Assembly (NCBI GenBank): GCA_003693705.1
Contig: RBZT01000519.1
Location: 1-44,030 of the forward strand
DNA: 44,030 bases
Direction: 5' to 3'
Source: Polymyxa betae A26-41
Lineage: Eukaryota > Protista > Endomyxa: Phytomyxea
Notes under the pieces: generated by a model
What the model was told of the DNA's origin: nothing
Seen by the model: only the letters and a program-made list of their open reading frames with translations
Database searches by the model: none
Made by a program: the position numbers and the translations under genes
Shown: piece after piece, positions 36,610 through 44,030 of the stretch
Numbering within the stretch: position 1 is the first letter of the stretch
Layout of the letters: each line of letters starts with the position of its first letter

Positions 36610-38100
36610 ATCTGAAGCTTAAGGAGACGCCCTTCGGCCAGACACCGACATCATAAGTTTTACAGAGGACTTTGAAGAGAGTGCTGGACGGCTCCTCCAC
36701 TGCCATCCCTTTCCTTGATGACATTCCAGTGGGATCGATGTCTCCCGAGCAGCACGTCGAGGACTTGATGGACAACTTTTACAGTCTGACCGAGGCGCGA
36801 TTGCGAATCAACCTCAAGAAGTCTATTTCTTTCGTCAGTCCCGATCCTTTTAGGTCCTACTTTCAGTGCCGATGTGATTTGGATCGACAAGCTCAAACAG
36901 GCGGATTTCGAAAAGCGTCATCGGCCGCGAAACGGCAAGGATATCGAGCGTTATCTTGTTCTGGTTAATTGCTTTGGTGATTACAACCCTTGCGAACCAA
37001 CTCTATCCACTCGCTCGAGTTCATGCGAAAGATGAATCTATAACGGACCGTGATTGGACCAATCACAGATCGCAGGCTTTCGGGTCTATGAAACGCATCT
37101 TACGAGAAGATTTATTCTCTTACCGTCCCCGAATTTCGAACAACCGTTCTATGTGGCTACCGTCACCTCAGATGCTGGTGTCTTTTCGGTCAAGTATCAA
37201 CTTCGTGATCATGATCGGGGCGGTTGTTCGACAAATCGCCTTTAAAAACTGTTCGCAGCCCGAGCTTTACATTCTTCGGAACGGAACTAGGTATTCAGTG
37301 TTGAAGTTCAAACTAACGTTCAAGCCTCTTTGACCAAACAAGAGAGTCACGTTTGACCATGCAACATTGGCGGTCAAAACTCCGTGGCGGCCATTTCCGA
37401 TATATGACAACGCGATAATATTATAGTTCTATATAAGATGCCACCCGTCTCATAATACATTCATTCTTTATATTGCTCTCTTATCCTCAACATCGACTTC
37501 CACATTCGTAGACGCTGTCAGCTGCTTCCGGAAAAGGACTGCTGACCCTCAGCCTCCACCCTCCATCTTTAACATTCAGCATTCAAGAAAGAACTTGGTA
37601 TCGCTTTCACTTTAAAAGGTTTTCACTATTTTATATGGGGAAGACATTTTACTCATTTCACCCTTCTTCGTGCATTATCATTCCTTTTTACACAGGAGCC
37701 ATCGCCTTTGATGGCCAACTGGATCGACGTGATATTATAGTACGATTTCGTCATCGTGCACCGGTCAATCATCTTGAATGTTTTTCCTGACGCACTCTCA
37801 CGGTTGTTCCCGTTGTCTAAACAGGTCTCGGCCGATGCAGAGGCCCATCGTGCAAATATTTGGGATTTTGTCTCTCTGGATCACTTACCGGAAGAGAAGC
37901 ACCGCAAGCAATAGAGCATGCACTCCAACGACATTTCGGCATCAAGGCCACCGTCGCCTGTCTTTTCGACTCAAAACAAGTCTGGCCATCAATGTCGCGG
38001 GACGTGTATCAACTTATATTTTCTCCTAATGATGTATACTGCACCACAGAGCACTATCGAAACCAAATTGCGACACTGCGCAAATGGTAACGAGAGGGTT
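36610..38100 (+). pseudogene. Heavily decayed Gypsy pol (RT, RNase H, integrase), interrupted by repeat A
   Basis: TPFG, FLDDI..EQHVEDL..INLKKS, PNFEQPFYVAT..SD, H..HFGIKAT..WPSMSRDV. Confidence 0.65.
37360..37570 (+). repeat. Dispersed LTR-like repeat family A, copy 2
   Basis: Reverse-complement homology to 23605-23815. Confidence 0.8.
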
Positions 38101-38464
38101 TCAAATCAAGACCGTCGGGACATATTCGGAAGCGGAGCCTCAAGCCTAAAATCACGTTCCGTCTGAATTGCGTCACGGATATGCGTCTCGGACGGCGGTT
38201 AAAGCACCATTACAATTTTACAGCATTATCTCCAAAATTTATCGCGTCTAGTAGAAGTGCTATAAAGACGTCTTTATCTGCAAAATGGCGAGTCGAGCAT
38301 CTTCAAGAACTCTCCGAAAAGAGCAAAGAACATAAATCAGAGAATATTCAAAGAATTGCTCACCTCAAGAGCACAATCGTTTAATCGAAAATAACACCGA
38401 CGAAGACTTATGCTCCAGTACCGAGCAGCAAGAGGAGCCACATCGGTAGAACAAAATCACTACA

Positions 38465-38700
38465 ATGGCGTATGAAATCAACCAAGCGCCGAAGCTGGAG
38501 AAGTGCGACCGAGAAGATCTGGTCAAGTTCATGGCTAACTATAAGAATTATCTGGAAGTGTTTGAAGAGGAAGGGGCCTATAGAATGGAGCCACGACCCT
38601 TAAAGACAATGTTGGAGCCAAGCATAATAACGGTATATTTGCAAGTACGAGTTGAAAAAGCCAGTAGAAGAAGTTACAGCTGCGGAGTTGTTAAGTGTTA
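38465..38700 (+). pseudogene. Probable Gypsy gag N-terminal fragment
   Basis: APKLEKCDREDLVKF..Y..Y pattern resembling gag starts; TE context only. Confidence 0.35.
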
Positions 38701-38789
38701 TGGGTTAGATGTATCGTGATCGGTTACTATTGATGCTCTCGTGGTGCTAGTCACCAACGGCTCCTGATCCTGGAGAATGCTATGACAGT

Positions 38790-39040
38790 GAGTCAATAAC
38801 AGAAAGAATTGTATTATGGCCAGGAGGCTTTACCATATAAAAAAATTTCCGCCACGGACTTCTCCGTCCTCAATTGTTGGCACCGTTGGCATCAGAGGGT
38901 TGCTCCCTCCTTGCCTCGAGATGAGCTGCAGAGACGACGCAGCCAGCCGCTGGAGTATGACGAGCATCAGCAGAATTGGACTCTGTTGAACACAGGAGAT
39001 TGGATCGCTGAATAACACCCTGCCTCAATCTCAAATCCGA
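38790..39040 (-). repeat. LTR-like repeat family B, copy 2
   Basis: Reverse complement of ~36120-36405. Confidence 0.85.
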
Positions 39041-39369
39041 TATGGTCAAGAATATGCGCACTGAAGGTTCCCCACTCGGCCTTGTAATGGATTTGAGGCC
39101 ATCTAATTTAGCGTTGCTAACCAGCTTGCGCTTACGGGGCTTTTTGTTCAAGCCTGGTGTTCTTTTTCCAGACTTCGGCAAACGGTGCTTATTGGAGAAA
39201 AACGATTGTTCATTTTCTTCAGAAGAATCACAACTGCAGCGGCTGGAGTATGAAGATCACCACCAGAATTGGACTCTTTCTCAACGCCAGTACACAGGAG
39301 ATTGGGTCGCTTACAAACATACCGATCAGGCTTCAACAGAAGATTAATCCTTCTAGGATCAACACAAAC

Positions 39370-41050
39370 GCGGGCTGGTGGCGACTAATAACGGCAGATT
39401 CCACTGGCAGCTAGGCTGCGTGTCGGTGACCTTGCCGTCCTCGATCTAACGCTGAACTTGCTCGCTCACAACGCTTCCAAGAGCTTCTAGTACGGGATAC
39501 TGCCTTAAAATAACTGGAGGGTGGTCTCCTCTATCGAGATGAACAACAGCTTCGGGTCTTACAAAAACCTTTGGTGGGAATTGTTAGGTTACGTTGGATA
39601 GCCATTAATAATGTTGTGTGAGATACTAAGGGGCGCTCCTGCTGTTATCTTCACTGAAAGGTGGAGCTTCTTCGAAGGCAACATCGGCCGATGTGTCCGA
39701 ACAGCTAGGAGGTCCAGGATCGTGACTTCTATGCCTAGCAACTGTCGCGCCCGAGGATCAAATCGATGCCGTCGGGGGGCTGGCCGACGTCAAACTCCAA
39801 TCTGAATGGACGATCTCGCCATAGCACCGGAATCGTGGCTTTGCCTGGTGTTGGAGCGTAATGGCCCTTGAGGACGAGCGAGATCACCTGACAAGGCTCG
39901 GGGTTTTGGAAGGTAGATTTGGTGGAAGCCGAAAATTGCTCGAATAACTCTTCTGAAACATTTGAATGTGAAGCGCTTGCATGTTTTACAAACTTAAAAG
40001 GTGCGAAGATGGCAGAAGAAGCACGAGAGAATGATATCAAAGGCCTTGATGCCGGACCCGGCGAAGATGTGGTCACAAAGATCTCGCTGCTATGAATTCT
40101 TGAGGCATCACGAAAGAACTCATGATAACCTCGACAGAACTGATCGTCGTTGAGGTATACCATTGTTGTCTCTTCAGATTCTTGCGTTTCGGTGTGCCGC
40201 ATGTGATGAGTCGAAGAATTAGACTGGCCACGAGCCACCGACCTTGCAGCACTGCTAACAATTGTGACAGACGTTGGTTTGGCGTTCTGAGGACATCGGG
40301 CTTGTATGTGGCCCGGCTTTCTGCAGCTATAGCATTCCTTTACTTGGGAAAGCGTCGTAGTGACGTTATCATTTTTAGAGACTGAAGCTTCCCCGTTTTG
40401 CAGTTGTCGGCGATTGGATGCTGAATGACCACATTATCAATGAAAATCGCAAGCAATCGTTCGGCGGGTATTCTGCTGACCTTCATTGACCTTGCTGTTA
40501 TAATTACCTCCATTAGCGCGTTCATTGCTCGTTTTTTGGGCGTCATTAGTCGAAGATGATGCTGCGAGGTTGACCTTTTTCGCCCGGTTGGCAGAACACA
40601 GCAACCTCAGAGAGATGCCAGCTTTCGAACTGTATCGGTCCGCTCGGGGTTGGTGGCTTTGACAGCATGAAGCCAGTCCACAGCGCTTCGTGGATGAATG
40701 CAATCGAATTCGGTCGTAAACTCGTTTTCATTGTCAGCATTCGTCTTGGTTTTTCTTCAAATAAGATAGATAACGATCACCAAGTTCTAAAATGGATTCG
40801 CCTTGTTTTCTTGAGCAGTGAATGCGTTCCTGTTCGTAATAGGTATTGTCGTCGACGAAATCCTGGAAGTAACGTAATCGAGCTTCGTCCCATGTCATCA
40901 CTTTCCAACGGAGTATCCTGAGACCTAATCGCCTTCAGACGTTCCACCACATGCTGCAAGGGCTTCCAGATTCTTCTCTTCGGGTAAGAATCAGCTTGAA
41001 GTCGCCGAATGCTCTTGGTTACGAAAGAGCTTTTGATCTTCATCGGAGGC
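39370..41050 (-). pseudogene. Decayed Gypsy gag-protease-RT start
   Basis: DGIDLILGRD protease C-terminus; HPPVILRQYPV..WNLPLLV RT entry. Confidence 0.55.
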
Positions 41051-41477
41051 ATAAAAATATTTGCATTGATGTCTCACTTCGGTTGGGTGGAAAGGCCGAA
41101 AGGGCCGAAGATCTCGTTCGTTTCGAGAATCTTCTCAGCCATTTCCCCGGCTGTTTTTATTATTATTCGGCTTATCGGTATTCAATTCCTTTTGGTTAGG
41201 CTTGGTTGGATACGGGGCAAATGCACGCGAGAGAGAAGAGTGAAAGTCCAGAGGTCGGGAGATCTTGGTCTCCCTCCCTCGTGGTGGCTGAGGTCCGGAC
41301 TGCGCCACGGACCTAGCCGCAGAAATTTCATAGGGGTGTCTTGTCATATATTTCCTCAGTGGCCGTCAATAACGGTATCTTTTCCTCGTTCGCCTAACTT
41401 GAGGTTCGCTCTCTCGTCCGGATACCTAAAAATGATAATCTTCTATAGTAGCAAATGATCATTGCGACGAGGTCCTA

Positions 41478-42250
41478 GTGAGGATAAATGAAGGTTTGTA
41501 TTTTCCGGACATATTAGATAGCGGCGCTCGGGGTGTCTCTTTAATACCACGGAGTATCACAGACCAGGCCATGAGGATTGACGAAACAACTACTTTACAA
41601 AGGTTAGGAGAGCCTGTGAGGTTAACATTGGGCGCTAACAGTTCAATTGTAGTTGCTACGGACTTTGTTTGCGTAACTTTAAGGTTGCGCCAACGCATTA
41701 ATTCTGAGTAAGAGATAAAACATGACTCATGATGATAGTGAGCGCCCGGGCCCGCTTCGCTGTGCAATGGTATCAGTCAATGAAGAAATAAAACATGGTT
41801 TAACAAAGGTGATTGATAAAGCGGAAGCTAACGGAAAGCAAAAAAATGTGGCTCCAGAAGCTTGTGGAACTGTTGCAAGAAAATGCAAATATATGGCGCA
41901 TCACCTTGGGCCCTGATGAACCAGCCAAAGTAACGCCATTTGAAACGCGGTTATTGCCGATCACGTAGGCGTTACCGTTGCAAAGGTCGACGGTATGGTC
42001 CCGAAAATAGCGAGTTTGCGAAGCTATTTATTGAGGAGCTTATAAAATACGGAATGGTGGAGGAGAATCCGAACTCGGAATGTGCCTCTCCAGTTGAAGT
42101 AGTGAGGAAATCAGAACATAGTAGAATAATGGTGGATGACCTGATGGCGGTCTTCGCATTTTCTGAGAGAACGGTCAATTCATTTTCCGAGAGTACGGTG
42201 CCTTTCCTAGAGGCCATCGTCAACAATCTGGCTGGATCTAAATTCTGGTT
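41478..42250 (+). pseudogene. Gypsy protease-RT remnant
   Basis: ILDSGA.VSLI; RRY..EELIKYGMVEENPNSECASPV.VVRK..RIMVD. Confidence 0.8.
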
Positions 42251-42585
42251 CATTACTCACGAACACCAAAAGTCTGTCCTTTGCTGCCAATGCCTGAGAA
42301 AATCTGCGCTTACCACGCTTTTTTTTGCGTTCTGCCACAATCCTGCGTTTCCTCTGCGTTTCCGCCAATGTACGCATTAGTTTTGGGCGGAGGCCGCAAC
42401 ACCTGATCCCGTTTTCTTGTTGGCTATTGCCTTTTCGGGCGTATCACTATCAGCGTTTGTCTGCGTCCGACTTGACAAACCAATCTTCAGAAGTCTGTGG
42501 GATTTTCGTGGACTATTTTGATATCTGTAATTGATATTATCCCCTACTCATAAAGGAAAACACAGAATTTTTCTTTGGTCTCAGT

Positions 42586-43026
42586 ATGGCCTACACCCAA
42601 CCTACCCTCACAAAATTATTTGGTTTGAATATTGATATAAAAACTAATGGCGGATGTGCCTTTGAAGGACAAAATTATACATTATTTAATGATGCCACTG
42701 AATTAATGGATATTGTTTTTTTTATTGAACATAAAGAACAAGTTGAGAGGGATATTGAATTAATTGAAAAAAGCGAAAAAGAATATATTAAAACTGATAT
42801 AATTGAGGACGATGAGATTGATGATAATGGCGATATTGAGGACGATGAGATTGATGATAATGGCGATATTGAGGACGATGAGATTGATGATAATGGCGAT
42901 ATTGAGGACGATGAGATTGATGATAATGGCGATAATGGCGATATTGATGATGATGGGATGTGGATTGATGATGTTGATGACGTTTTTGTGTTTAGAGGCG
43001 GTTATACTGTGAGTTTTTGCCTATGA
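42586..43026 (+). CDS. Hypothetical acidic protein (146 aa) with IEDDEIDDNGD repeats
   Basis: Uninterrupted ATG-TGA ORF, AT-rich, followed by AAATAAA. It could be an internal exon, since a pyrimidine-rich CAG lies just upstream. Confidence 0.55.
   Translation: MAYTQPTLTKLFGLNIDIKTNGGCAFEGQNYTLFNDATELMDIVFFIEHKEQVERDIELIEKSEKEYIKTDIIEDDEIDDNGDIEDDEIDDNGDIEDDEIDDNGDIEDDEIDDNGDNGDIDDDGMWIDDVDDVFVFRGGYTVSFCL
42802..42933 (+). repeat. Perfect 33-bp minisatellite, 4 copies, in frame
   Basis: ATTGAGGACGATGAGATTGATGATAATGGCGAT at 42802, 42835, 42868 and 42901. Confidence 0.95.
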
Positions 43027-43403
43027 AAAAATAAATATTCATTCAAAAACGTAGATAAGAATAATTACATGAAATGGTTATTAGGAAACGATAATTGACC
43101 ATAAGCAAAGGTCTATTTGAGCCGTCCCCCAAATGTAAGCATATATAGGCGTCCCCATATTGCTTTTGACCGTTATGCTTTGGCAAAATGATGAAGATGA
43201 TGGAAATGAAAACCGAAACCGACGACGAAACCGAAGACGAAATATGGGCGTGTGCCAAACGATGACACAACTGACCTTTTCCAAATTTGATTATCTTGGA
43301 ATATCTAGGCACGCGCCACCAATGCCTAAACCTAATAGATGTCATTAAAACCGCCATAGTTGAAAATTTGTGAAATTGCTTACTCTCTCTGTCTCTCTTG
43401 CTG

Positions 43404-44030
43404 ATGGCGCATTTCAACACCTATGAAGACATTTTTCGATTAAGAATGGATTGGATTGAATTTGGAAAAAAGAGAACGAAGGCGATAAAACTTGATGGAA
43501 CGTATAACTGTGAATTCAATGCAAGGGTTGAAATGAAAATATGGGAAATTGTCTGCCAAGAATACGTTAATGACAAGGAGAATGCTGAAAACACTTTACG
43601 AGAAGAACGACAAGCAAAAAGAACAATACATGATGAATTGATGTCTAATGATGATGAAATACAAGAAATAAGAAAGCAAGTGAAAGAAATGATGGACAAA
43701 TTACCTAATGTTCCTATGAAAGGGATGACGAGACGCCAGAAAGAGATTGTCAATATGGAGATTGATAATGGAATTGATGAGATACGAAGAAAGCATCTGT
43801 ATAATGTCAAGATTAATAATGAACTGAAGCAAGTGGAAAATCCAAAGAAAAGCGTGCTGAAGAAGATAGAAAACCCAAAGAAAGACGAGTTGAAGAAACT
43901 TATGGAAACGTTTGTTGAAGAAGAAACCGACGATGATGATGATGATATATCTGAAAGCGAAGAAGAAGAAATACCACCAAGACGGATTACACCAAAAAAC
44001 CAGCAAAAAAAGAAATCAAAGGGAGATATT
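43404..44030 (+). CDS. Hypothetical E/K-rich coiled-coil protein, at least 209 aa, runs off the window
   Basis: Read manually: ATG at 43404, MAHFNTYEDIFRLRMDWIEFGKK... with no stop before 44030. Absent from the ORF track because it has no stop in the window. Confidence 0.7.
   Translation, partial: MAHFNTYEDIFRLRMDWIEFGKKRTKAIKLDGTYNCEFNARVEMKIWEIVCQEYVNDKENAENTLREERQAKRTIHDELMSNDDEIQEIRKQVKEMMDKLPNVPMKGMTRRQKEIVNMEIDNGIDEIRRKHLYNVKINNELKQVENPKKSVLKKIENPKKDELKKLMETFVEEETDDDDDDISESEEEEIPPRRITPKNQQKKKSKGDI

Noticed and set aside
4065-42530. RIP-type hypermutation
   Set aside because: TE remnants are not AT-enriched and keep abundant CpA and CpG; decay is mostly by indels and rearrangement.
43421-44006. 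Minus-strand hydrophobic ORFs 43421-43810 and 43701-44006
   Set aside because: Antisense shadows of the purine-rich plus-strand ORF starting at 43404.
1-44030. Alternative genetic code (TAA/TAG = Gln)
   Set aside because: Long ORFs (403, 283 and at least 209 aa) contain no in-frame TAA/TAG, and TE ORFs end naturally at TAA or TAG (33584, 20133).

Overview
Eukaryotic, repeat-dense window (spliceosomal GT-AG introns, one 160-N gap) with no recognisable housekeeping gene. About 95% of it is a nest of decayed transposable elements: Ty3/Gypsy and Ty1/Copia fragments, a Penelope-like RT with an upstream hammerhead-like motif, two MULE and two PIF/Harbinger elements, a CMC/EnSpm-like transposase remnant, a Tourist-like MITE and a foldback inverted repeat. 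One three-layer nest has readable TIRs and TSDs (Copia > MULE 16165-22150 > Harbinger 18763-21220). The least explained feature is an array of 8 diverged ~300-330 bp units (1476-3904). Its minus strand shows stems with compensatory/G-U changes, and every unit carries a 22-30 nt GTA...TAG segment of variable length and sequence. The last 1.5 kb switches to AT-rich, apparently intact ORFs of unknown function. The TE families resemble those of oomycetes or early-diverging fungi (inference only). All alignments and folds were done by eye.
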